The notes under the pieces are model-generated. The model was not told the origin of the DNA, ran no database searches, and worked only from the letters and a program-made list of their open reading frames with translations. Source: Spirochaetales bacterium (GTDB lineage Bacteria > Spirochaetota > Spirochaetia > JABEVK01). From it: a stretch of DNA of 64,000 bases. The number at the start of each line of letters is the position of its first letter. Positions within the stretch are counted from its first letter, which is position 1. The stretch covers positions 499 to 64,498 of the forward strand of contig DAIDHT010000018.1 of NCBI GenBank assembly GCA_027451945.1, in the 5' to 3' direction. This document shows, piece by piece, positions 46,417 to 55,095 of this stretch. The translations under genes and the position numbers were made by a program.

Positions 46417-46833
46417 ATGGACACCTACCTTTTAGCGGCGGCCTTAGTGGTTTTGCTGGGAATCTTTTGGGAACTCTCGGTACTGATTAGACGGTTTGAC
46501 AGGTTATCGATGCGTCTGCTGGGGCGTCCCGACAAAAAGGAAGGCCCAACCATTAACGTGACCGTGGGAACCGTCTCGGGCGGCGTAGCCGCGCCGGCAC
46601 CTCTTGCTCCTGAAAAGGAACCCGAAGCTGAACCTGCTCAAGAGGAGCAAAGCGAACCGGAGGGGCCCCCCGCTCCCGAGCCACAGCTTCCGCCCCCGCC
46701 GCCCAAGACCCCGTTTTTCTCGTCGCCCGTCAACCGGGCCCCGAACGGGGTAGGTGTCGTCAAGTGTCCCAAATGCGATGCCGAAAACTCATCGTTTCGC
46801 ACCGAGTGCTTTAACTGCGGCAACAAACTTTGA
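46417..46833 (+). CDS. Membrane-anchored Pro/Glu-rich protein with C-terminal zinc-ribbon (CPKC...CFNC)
   Basis: N-terminal TM helix. Low-complexity PEPEP linker. C-x2-C-x15-C-x2-C at the C-terminus. Confidence 0.5.
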   Translation: MDTYLLAAALVVLLGIFWELSVLIRRFDRLSMRLLGRPDKKEGPTINVTVGTVSGGVAAPAPLAPEKEPEAEPAQEEQSEPEGPPAPEPQLPPPPPKTPFFSSPVNRAPNGVGVVKCPKCDAENSSFRTECFNCGNKL

Positions 46834-46852
46834 GTCTAGACTTCTTGTGACG

Positions 46853-48583
46853 CTAGTCTTCTAGCGACGCCTGAACCCGAATCAAATCGTGCAAGGTCAG
46901 AACCCCGACCACAGGACCGTCGGGGTTATCGCGAACCAAAACCGTTCCGACAGGGTTATCGAGGAATTTTGCCTCCACAGCCCGTACCGTTTCGTCTTTG
47001 CGGCAGAAAACCGGCGGGGCCAAGGGCGGGGCTTCCCCGGTTTGCACACTACGTTGTGCGGCTTCGCGGGTAAGCATACCAATCACTTGATTTTTTTCGA
47101 TCACAGGAAAGCGCAAATACGGGTAGGTATCAAGGGCCGCTTGTAGACCGTTACGGCTCAGGTCATCAAGCATAACGGGACGGTTACGCACAATGTCGCC
47201 GACCTGCGTATTTCGCCACGAGGTAAGGTCGCGTGGCGGGTGGATTTTAATCAGCTCGTGTCCGTCTTGCAAAAGAAGCTCGTCGTAAAAATTGTGACGC
47301 CCCGCCAAGCGCGACACTAGGGTGCTGACGGCTAAGCCAATCATCAGACCCGGTACCATCGAAAACTCGTGTGTCATTTCGAAGACGATCAGGAGGGCAG
47401 AAAGGGGCGTCTTTAGCACTGCTCCCAACGCCGCGCTCATCCCTACTGCCGAAAGAACAATCATGTCTGAGGGGTTAAGGGGTAACCACTGCCGGAACAT
47501 GCCGGCGACAAAAAAGCCAGACATGCCGCCCAGGAACAACAAGGGCGAGAAAATGCCGCCAGAGCCCCCCAGTCCATACGAGATGATGGTCGCTGCCAGC
47601 TTGCCCAAAACCAAGACGCCGGCGGCCTCCCACAAAAAATTCCCTTTAAGCAATTGGCTCAAGTCATCATAGCCCAGACCGAAAACCCCAATTTTGCCCG
47701 TAATCAAGTACGCGCTCACCCCCAAAACCCATACCGCAAAGGCGCCAACGGCAGGACTCCATAAACGGGGAACCCGCGTCTGCTTGCGCCACCGTAAACG
47801 CAGGGTTAAGGCACCCCGCTGAAACGCAACACCGACCAGAGCCGCCAGCAGAGCCGCCAACGGCACAATTAAATAGTGAAACCACGTAACATGGTCGACA
47901 TTGGGGAGCACAAAGGCCGGTTGACGCCCGATAAACGCGTAAACGACAAAGGCGCCGATAACCGCCGCCAAAACAATACGGCCGATGGTTCGGTTATTGA
48001 TATCGCCAACAATCTCTTCGAGCACAAAGGTAATCGAGGCCAAAGGGGTATTGAACGCGGCGGCAAGACCTGCGGCCGCACCGACAATGGCCGGTCCCCG
48101 TCGTGAAAACCGAGGAATTCGAAAAATACCCGCAATGGTACCGGCAATACTACCGCCCATAAAGAGTGTAGGTCCCTCTCGTCCTAAGCTGGCTCCGCCG
48201 CCGATGCTCAGAATCCCCGCCACAAATTTTACCACCGCCTGCTTGAAGGGGATGTAACCCAGCTCCTTCCAGTAGGCGGCTTTCAGTTGGGGAATACCAC
48301 TACCTACAGCCTCGGGGCTGACTTTATCGATCAAAAACCCCACGATCACGGACGTTCCCATAATCGTGACAAAACTTAAAATCAGGAACCAGACCAAACC
48401 CATGTGAACAAACACCCCAAAGGTGGAGTGAAACAACAGGTTGGTCAGCGTTAAAAAAAGAACTGCCGCAAGGGCCGAGGCTAGCGCGTAGATGCTCGAC
48501 TGAATCAACAAAGCTGTATTTTCAGGGAGCAGTTTGAAACGGGCCTGCAGATCGCGGGTCATTTGAGAAACATCCCATGCCAT
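46853..48583 (-). CDS. ClC-family chloride channel / H+-Cl- antiporter with C-terminal CBS pair
   Basis: GSGIPQ and GREGP selectivity motifs. GxFxP. Two CBS-like segments at the C-terminus. Confidence 0.85.
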   Translation of the reverse strand: MAWDVSQMTRDLQARFKLLPENTALLIQSSIYALASALAAVLFLTLTNLLFHSTFGVFVHMGLVWFLILSFVTIMGTSVIVGFLIDKVSPEAVGSGIPQLKAAYWKELGYIPFKQAVVKFVAGILSIGGGASLGREGPTLFMGGSIAGTIAGIFRIPRFSRRGPAIVGAAAGLAAAFNTPLASITFVLEEIVGDINNRTIGRIVLAAVIGAFVVYAFIGRQPAFVLPNVDHVTWFHYLIVPLAALLAALVGVAFQRGALTLRLRWRKQTRVPRLWSPAVGAFAVWVLGVSAYLITGKIGVFGLGYDDLSQLLKGNFLWEAAGVLVLGKLAATIISYGLGGSGGIFSPLLFLGGMSGFFVAGMFRQWLPLNPSDMIVLSAVGMSAALGAVLKTPLSALLIVFEMTHEFSMVPGLMIGLAVSTLVSRLAGRHNFYDELLLQDGHELIKIHPPRDLTSWRNTQVGDIVRNRPVMLDDLSRNGLQAALDTYPYLRFPVIEKNQVIGMLTREAAQRSVQTGEAPPLAPPVFCRKDETVRAVEAKFLDNPVGTVLVRDNPDGPVVGVLTLHDLIRVQASLED

Positions 48584-48610
48584 ACTCCACTATTGACATA
48601 GATTTTCATT

Positions 48611-50101
48611 ATGTTCAATTCTAAATCTGTTATGAATGCCACAACAAAACCTTCGGGATTGTCCGTCCAAGTCCGTTTAACGCTGTCGTTTGCCTTGGTT
48701 TTTTTGGTACTATTTACCGGTTTGGGCATTTTTGGCTTTACCTGGTACCGGCAAAGTCTCAAAGACCGCTTAGATGACTATCTGATTTCTGAAGCCAATT
48801 CCGTTCGCAGTGCCCTGACCTCTTACTATGACGGCAAGGCCGGAAAAGCGGGTGACTACTCCGATTTTGCGACTTTTGTGCGTTCGTACGTCGAAAAGCG
48901 TAACAACCTCCCCCTCCCCTACGAAACCACCCTGTACATCTTTGGCGAGCTGAACACGCTCATTGCCGCCTCAAACCATGCCATCAACCTCGATGAAAGC
49001 TCCCCCCAATTTCAAGCCCCGGAACCGATCAACGTCCGCCGCCTTGATGCCGACACAAAAATACAGACCATTCCTCTAGCCCCGCACCCCTACCGAATGA
49101 TTACCGCGCACCTACGGCTCAACGGGGTTGGCTTGGGCTGGTTCCGGCTGGCCTGCCTCACCGAAACCGTCTATAGCAACCTTGGTGTGTTCACCAGTGT
49201 TTACGCCTTGGTCCTGGGGCTTTTGGCCCTGTTGTCGATCCTCATAACACGTCTTTTGGTCGCCATGGCCCTTCGGCCCGTCCGCCAGATGGCCGCTTTT
49301 GCCAAGACGATTTCGCCCGAACAAACCCTTCAGCTCCCCTTACCTCCCGGCAAGGATGCTCTGCATCAAATGGCGGTTAGTCTTAACTCGCTTTTGGCTC
49401 AGATCCAAGAATATGGGGCATTCCAGGAACGTTTTATTCAGGAGCTTTCCCATGAACTGCGCACCCCTTTGACCATTCTTAAAGCCCGCAACGAAGCGGC
49501 CGGAAACCAGCCTCGCGCATCAAAAGCTCTGACGGAACTGTCCCAGGCGAACATTGAGGACCTTGATCGTCTGACAGGGTTTTTAAATGCCTTTTTAGCC
49601 CTCAGGCGAGCCGAGAATACAGCTCAAGAGCAAAAATCTACCGACTTAGGGCGGATGCTCATCGACGTGGTAGGCGAACTTGAGCCCCTGAGAGCCAATC
49701 GGGGCGTGACGATTCAATTCGGCAAGCCCCCCGTGCGCTTCCAGCGTGAAAAAATTCCCCAGGGAGCTTGGGTCAAGGGGAATCCTTTCCGGTTGAAACA
49801 AGTTTTGACGAACCTTTTTATGAATTCCCTGCAATTTACTCCCGAAAATGGCTCCATTCAGCTAGAGCTGACCCCACAAGAATCCGCTTGGACCTTAAAA
49901 ATCGCGAATTCCGGGCCTCCAATCCCCGCTGAGTCTCTTGAAAGGATCTTCGAGAGGTTTTACCGTATAGGAGAGTCTGCGGGCTTCGGGTTAGGTTTAG
50001 GCATTGTGAAGTCCATTGTGGAAGGGTACGGAGGGTCCGTTCAAGCCTTTAACCCCCCTGAGGGCGGAGCTGCCTTTATCGTTCGAATGCCTTCTGTCTA
50101 G
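48611..50101 (+). CDS. Sensor histidine kinase (two TM helices, HisKA + HATPase_c)
   Basis: H-box SHELRTPLT. N, G1 and G2 boxes (GFGLGLGIV). No response regulator adjacent. Confidence 0.85.
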   Translation: MFNSKSVMNATTKPSGLSVQVRLTLSFALVFLVLFTGLGIFGFTWYRQSLKDRLDDYLISEANSVRSALTSYYDGKAGKAGDYSDFATFVRSYVEKRNNLPLPYETTLYIFGELNTLIAASNHAINLDESSPQFQAPEPINVRRLDADTKIQTIPLAPHPYRMITAHLRLNGVGLGWFRLACLTETVYSNLGVFTSVYALVLGLLALLSILITRLLVAMALRPVRQMAAFAKTISPEQTLQLPLPPGKDALHQMAVSLNSLLAQIQEYGAFQERFIQELSHELRTPLTILKARNEAAGNQPRASKALTELSQANIEDLDRLTGFLNAFLALRRAENTAQEQKSTDLGRMLIDVVGELEPLRANRGVTIQFGKPPVRFQREKIPQGAWVKGNPFRLKQVLTNLFMNSLQFTPENGSIQLELTPQESAWTLKIANSGPPIPAESLERIFERFYRIGESAGFGLGLGIVKSIVEGYGGSVQAFNPPEGGAAFIVRMPSV

Positions 50102-50158
50102 CGAATCTCGTTTGTTTAGTTCGCTCGGTTTCGTTGTTTCGAAAATAAGGAGTTCCCC

Positions 50159-51334
50159 ATGTTTCGTACCTTGCTGGTAGTAGTAGCACTAGCTCTTGCA
50201 GGATGCGCCAGTGCGCCTCCCCCCGGGCCCGCCCCCGTTCAGCCGACCCCAACGCCGACCCCGACGCCAAAGCCAACCCCGGCTCCGGCTCCCGCTGACG
50301 TGAATTCGATTCAGCCGGAAAAAAGCGGCTTTTCGCCCGGGGCTGATGCGCCAGCCAATGTTTTGACTTTTGATGTCAAATACGCCAACGCCAGTAAACT
50401 TACAGCCTGGACTATCGCCTTTGATGATGCGAACGGCCCCGTAAAAACTCTGACAGGAACAGCTAACCTTTTGCCGCCCACGGTCACCTGGGACGGAAAG
50501 AACGAGGCCGGACAGTTGGCACCTGAAGGACGTTACACAGCAAAACTCACCGTCAGCTATGGCAAAACCCAAGAAAGTGCGGTTTCTGTTCCTTTCGTCC
50601 TCGACATCACGCCGCCAGGCGGATCCTTATCGATTACGCCTGACCCTTTTGTGCCCACCGGTTCCTCGGACCATATCTACATCAAGGTCTATACCCGGAA
50701 CGGCGGTGCCCAGGTCATGACCTGGCGCCTTCAAGTCGTGGCCGAGGATGGGACAGTCTTTAAGAACTTCATCAGCGAAGAACACAGGGACGGCAACATC
50801 GACTGGAATGGCCAAGCCGATTCTCATGGTCAATTGAAAGCTCCCGCTACCTATAAGCTTGTGTTGTCGTTAGTGGATGAATTTGGCAACCGGGGTACAG
50901 TCACGTCATTTCTCAAAGTGGATCAGCTGGGTTTCATGGATGGGAACCGCCGAAAGTTAGCCGAGCCGCTGTACTTTCAGCCCTACACCGACAGCTATAC
51001 TGAGCTTCCGAACGCGCAAGCCAAGCACAACCGTGCAACTTTGGCCCAAGTCGTTACCGACCTAAAAAAATACCCTGAAGTGAAGCTTTTGCTCGAAGGT
51101 CATGCCAACGAAGTGTGGTGGCGATACCCCGAGAAAGCCGCAAAAGAACAGCGCTTGGTGCTCCTTCCTCTTTCACAGGAACGAGCCAAGGCCGTCAAAA
51201 AAGCTCTGGTGGCCCAGGGCATTGACCCCGCGCGCCTAGAAACTGTTGGTTTAGGCGGGAGCAACCCCGTGGTGCCCTTTAGTGACACTTCGCAAACTTG
51301 GAAAAATCGCCGCGTTGAGTTTTATATTCGCTGA
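50159..51334 (+). CDS. OmpA-family lipoprotein with Pro-rich N-terminal linker
   Basis: Lipobox LAGCAS. (TP)n/PAPAP linker. OmpA C-like domain (LLEGHANE...NRRVEFYI). Confidence 0.75.
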   Translation: MFRTLLVVVALALAGCASAPPPGPAPVQPTPTPTPTPKPTPAPAPADVNSIQPEKSGFSPGADAPANVLTFDVKYANASKLTAWTIAFDDANGPVKTLTGTANLLPPTVTWDGKNEAGQLAPEGRYTAKLTVSYGKTQESAVSVPFVLDITPPGGSLSITPDPFVPTGSSDHIYIKVYTRNGGAQVMTWRLQVVAEDGTVFKNFISEEHRDGNIDWNGQADSHGQLKAPATYKLVLSLVDEFGNRGTVTSFLKVDQLGFMDGNRRKLAEPLYFQPYTDSYTELPNAQAKHNRATLAQVVTDLKKYPEVKLLLEGHANEVWWRYPEKAAKEQRLVLLPLSQERAKAVKKALVAQGIDPARLETVGLGGSNPVVPFSDTSQTWKNRRVEFYIR

Positions 51335-51351
51335 CGCCAACGGCGTTGACT

Positions 51352-52278
51352 CTACCGGTGCCGAAGCTTTCGGGGCACAATAACCGGCAGGGCCGCCGGC
51401 ACGACATCGACGTCGACCGGCAGCCCTGACCGTGTGTCGCCGTCCCATTGGGCCAAAACCCCAGCGGGGCCGCTAAGCTTAACCGAAGTTGTTTTTAAGT
51501 AAACCGCATCCCGAAAGGTTTCACGACCTATTCGGGGGCCCCGCCCCGTCCACGCCCCCCATAGCGCTTTTAACAAAAACCCTAGCGTTCGCCAGCGGGT
51601 GCGATCCCGCAGAATCGTTACATCCAGCTGGCCATCGGTAGGTATTGCCGACGGAGCGAACGAAAAAATTCGGCCATACAACCGGGTATTCGAGATCAGA
51701 ACAAAGGCACCCTTTTCCCTGGTTCCGTCAGGGAACTCGGCAGTAATTTCAGGGAAATGATAGCGCCAAACTGAGCGAAAGGCGGCGACAGCGTAGGCAA
51801 TAGGGCCTAAAAACGGTTTGAGATTGTCTTTGTCAGCACGTCGCAGAGCGTAGGCGTCAAAACCTGCCGAAAACATCAGCAAAAAATACCGGGTTTGCCC
51901 CCCCGTCTTGAGACGCCCCACATCCATCAGCATACGACGGTTGCGCCTTAACACGCGGCACTGGCCCCTCAAATGGCTAGGAATACCGAGCTCGGCGGCA
52001 AAGACATTGCCTGTACCCCAAGGGAGGATGCCCAGCGCTGCCCGGCTTCCTGCCAGACCTTCCATCACTTCATTGATGGTTCCATCCCCACCAGCACCGA
52101 TAACCACATCCGCTTCTTGAGCCGCTTGCCGGGCCAGCTCGGTCGCCTCACCGGGGCGTGTGGTCATCTGAACGCTCAACGACAAACCATGCTTTTGAAA
52201 GTACGTCTCGACATACTTCAGGGCATCCTGATGGGAGCGCGACCCCGAAGCGGGGTTGACGATAAGAACATAGCGCAT
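51352..52278 (-). CDS. Diacylglycerol-kinase-catalytic-domain lipid kinase (YegS/BmrU-like)
   Basis: GGDGT motif (AGGDGTINEV). ~308 aa. Confidence 0.8.
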   Translation of the reverse strand: MRYVLIVNPASGSRSHQDALKYVETYFQKHGLSLSVQMTTRPGEATELARQAAQEADVVIGAGGDGTINEVMEGLAGSRAALGILPWGTGNVFAAELGIPSHLRGQCRVLRRNRRMLMDVGRLKTGGQTRYFLLMFSAGFDAYALRRADKDNLKPFLGPIAYAVAAFRSVWRYHFPEITAEFPDGTREKGAFVLISNTRLYGRIFSFAPSAIPTDGQLDVTILRDRTRWRTLGFLLKALWGAWTGRGPRIGRETFRDAVYLKTTSVKLSGPAGVLAQWDGDTRSGLPVDVDVVPAALPVIVPRKLRHR

Positions 52279-52327
52279 TTTTACCTCGCAGGCTCAAACC
52301 TAGTTCCCAGTATCGAAGCGGCTGGCT

Positions 52328-53221
52328 ATGATGGTCAATATGAAACTCTCTCAACCCTCCTTTGGCGTTGGCGTCGCCGGGATGGTGCTTTCAAATATTT
52401 TTTTTAGTATCATGGCCGTGTTCATTCGCTTAGACCCGGCGACCAACCCCCTCGAAGCCGCTTTTTACCGCTTTGCCGTCGGTGCAGCTGTCGTCGCCAG
52501 CTTGGCTTTTATCGGTAAAACTCACCTCCGTTTTCATAACTTTCGGGGACTATTGTGGCGCGGGGTCGTCGGTGGGCTCAGCGTTGTTTTATATTATTTG
52601 CCGATCAACACCCTCGGTTTGGGTAAAACCTCATTGATCCAATACACTTACCCGTTTTTCGCGCTTGCTTTTAGCGCACTTTGGCTTAAAGAACGGTCAA
52701 AACCTTCTGCCTGGATCCTGACCGGCGTGGCGATCGCGGGTCTGGTTTTGTTAAACCTCCCCATGCTCGGGCAAGGCAAACTGGACTGGATGCTGTTGGC
52801 GGCCTGGGGAAGTGCTCTGACGTCTGGCCTCGCTGTCACGTTTGTGAAAAAGCTCACCGAAACGGAATCGAGCTCGGCAATCTTTTTGGCACAGTGCATT
52901 GGCGGCTTTTGGATAATTTTAATTCCCGCCAACCTCACACCAGGAACTTGGGGCTGGGGACCGGCCTTTCTTTTGCTTGGCGTCGGAGTTACCGCCGCCG
53001 TAGGGCAATTGCTCATGACCTGGTCGTACCGCTGGGTGGACGTATCGACAGGCAGTCTAATGGGGACCATGGTCCCGGTTCTTAATGTCGCCGCTGGAAT
53101 TTTACTCTTTCATGAATCGTTTAACTTGCTTGAGGCAATCGGGGGTTTCATGACGCTGGCGGCGTGCTTTCTTTTGGTCCTGGTTAAAGCTAAACCGCGT
53201 GTTCAACCAGCTACGACTTGA
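52328..53221 (+). CDS. EamA/DMT-superfamily transporter
   Basis: 10-TM protein with duplicated EamA halves. Confidence 0.8.
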   Translation: MMVNMKLSQPSFGVGVAGMVLSNIFFSIMAVFIRLDPATNPLEAAFYRFAVGAAVVASLAFIGKTHLRFHNFRGLLWRGVVGGLSVVLYYLPINTLGLGKTSLIQYTYPFFALAFSALWLKERSKPSAWILTGVAIAGLVLLNLPMLGQGKLDWMLLAAWGSALTSGLAVTFVKKLTETESSSAIFLAQCIGGFWIILIPANLTPGTWGWGPAFLLLGVGVTAAVGQLLMTWSYRWVDVSTGSLMGTMVPVLNVAAGILLFHESFNLLEAIGGFMTLAACFLLVLVKAKPRVQPATT

Positions 53222-53291
53222 GAGTTCTCTCGTTCCGGTCTAAACTCCCGTATCCCCAAAAAGTTCTGGGAGGGGGACGCTCGCACGATAG

Positions 53292-53317
53292 ACCGCCGAA
53301 AGGCGGTCTTTTTTTTG
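53292..53317 (+). terminator. Rho-independent terminator after the EamA gene
   Basis: GACCGCC-gaaa-GGCGGTC hairpin followed by T8. Confidence 0.75.
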
Positions 53318-53322
53318 TGAAA

Positions 53323-53402
53323 TAATCAAGAAACGCGCGCGATATAATCGTAAACCTCTTTGCAAATAATCGCAAAACCGATTTGAAATAAACGTAAAAC
53401 CA
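53323..53402. repeat. Array of four imperfect direct repeats (ATAATCG(T/C)AAAACC-like) spaced 21-23 bp in the convergent intergenic region
   Basis: aaataatcaagaaacg / ataatcgtaaacc / ataatcgcaaaacc / ataaacgtaaaacc, read directly. Confidence 0.5.
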
Positions 53403-53415
53403 ACAGGCATTCAGG

Positions 53416-55095
53416 CTAAATCGGGTCCTGCGTGCAGTCTTCGAGGTGAATGGAAAACACGAGCGGCTGACTGCGCCGCAGATCTTTCACAACACCGTCA
53501 AAACTGGCGAACAGATTGCCCGGGCCCAGGGCCGAGATGAGTTGGGCATGCTCCAGAACCCGCAAAATGCTGGGTTGGGCTTCGGTAACAATGACACGAA
53601 TCCGCTGTTCGTGAGCCTCGGTCAGTAGTCGTTGCAGAACTCTCGTTCCCGAAGCGTCCAACAGATTAAGCTCCCCCATCCTAAGAACAAGTGTTTGAGT
53701 CATGGGCAGGATATCACGAAAAGTTTGCTCAAACTTGGTGGCCGCACCAAAAAAGAAAGCCCCTGTTAAATCTAAAACCGAGGTTCCCTGCGGCAAGTCC
53801 TCACGGGAGACCCTCAGCCGATGGTCAGCAGTAACCTGCGCAGAAGACGTCTGCGCCATCGATCGCATAAAAAAGAACGAAGCCACGAGCAATCCGCTTA
53901 AAAGAGCAAATTGAGGGTTGGCGACGACAGTGACAATAAGTGTCACGGCAAGGGCTAAGGCATCTGAGCGTGTGGTTTTAAAGGTAAGCGCCAGGTCCTT
54001 CCACGAAACCATCCTTACCCCTAAAAGGATCACCAAAGCCCCTAAAGCAGCTACCGGCACCAACCGAAGCCAGGGAGCTAGCACTAGGCCCAGCATCAAC
54101 AAGGTCACCCCATGAAACAGACCTGCCAGAGGACTTTTTGCGCCTAGCTGAACATTGCGCACCGAACGCTCGACGGTACCCGAAACTGGTGGTCCACCCA
54201 AAAACGCCAAGATTAAGTTTGCCACCCCGTGGCCCAGAAAATCGGTATCGGGATGGTAGGGCTCGCCTGTCAAAGCCTCGGTGACGGTGGCACTTTGGTA
54301 GCTCTCGAGGGCTATGAACAACGCCAAAGCAAAGGCTGAAGGAAAGAAATCGACAAACGTCGAATACGAAAAGGTAAAACTCAGCGTTGGCCAGCTCCAC
54401 TGAGCCTTCCCAAACACCGAACCCACGGTCGCCACGGGGAGACCAACCAACGCCACAAACGCGGTAACAGCGACGAGGACAGCCAAAGTCAGTGGCCACC
54501 GGTTAAACCAACGTCCCCCTAAAGCCGCCACCACCAAAGAAACCCCGCCCACAGCTAAGTCCCAGGGGCGCAATGTCTGCGCGGCCGCCAACAAGGTGGT
54601 CCACGGGGTAACGACATCGGCCGCCAAGGGCGCCGGACGAGCCCCCATCAGAACGTTAAACTGCCCCAGCACCAAGGTTAGAGCAATTCCCGCCGTCATT
54701 CCCAGCACAATCGGTTGAGGAATAAAACGTACAAGATGCCCCAATTTGAGCGTCCCCATCGCTACGAGCATGAGGCCCGCCAACAACATGACGAGCAACA
54801 ATCCGGTCAGGCCATTGCGGTAAACAACGGCAGATGACAAGAGGGCGAGAACCCCAGTTGGGCTGGTAATTTGCCAGCGTCCGCCCCCCAGAAAGGCCAA
54901 AACGACTCCGCCGACACCAGCGGCAAGGAGGCCCTGAAGAGGCTGAAGTCCCGCCGCCAAGCCCAAAGCTAAAACCAGGGGGAACGACAAAAGAGCCACC
55001 GAAATACCGGCGAAGGCGTCATGGCGCAACCCTTGTGCGCTCCAGGCACCCCGCCAGCTTTGAAGGTTTGGTCGAAAAGTATTTTCTTGCATCAT
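53416..55095 (-). CDS. SulP-family anion transporter with C-terminal STAS domain
   Basis: Sulfate-transporter TM core. C-terminal STAS (LDLTGAFFFGAATKFE...). Start MMQEN at 55095 overlaps the upstream stop (TAATG). Confidence 0.85.
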   Translation of the reverse strand: MMQENTFRPNLQSWRGAWSAQGLRHDAFAGISVALLSFPLVLALGLAAGLQPLQGLLAAGVGGVVLAFLGGGRWQITSPTGVLALLSSAVVYRNGLTGLLLVMLLAGLMLVAMGTLKLGHLVRFIPQPIVLGMTAGIALTLVLGQFNVLMGARPAPLAADVVTPWTTLLAAAQTLRPWDLAVGGVSLVVAALGGRWFNRWPLTLAVLVAVTAFVALVGLPVATVGSVFGKAQWSWPTLSFTFSYSTFVDFFPSAFALALFIALESYQSATVTEALTGEPYHPDTDFLGHGVANLILAFLGGPPVSGTVERSVRNVQLGAKSPLAGLFHGVTLLMLGLVLAPWLRLVPVAALGALVILLGVRMVSWKDLALTFKTTRSDALALAVTLIVTVVANPQFALLSGLLVASFFFMRSMAQTSSAQVTADHRLRVSREDLPQGTSVLDLTGAFFFGAATKFEQTFRDILPMTQTLVLRMGELNLLDASGTRVLQRLLTEAHEQRIRVIVTEAQPSILRVLEHAQLISALGPGNLFASFDGVVKDLRRSQPLVFSIHLEDCTQDPI

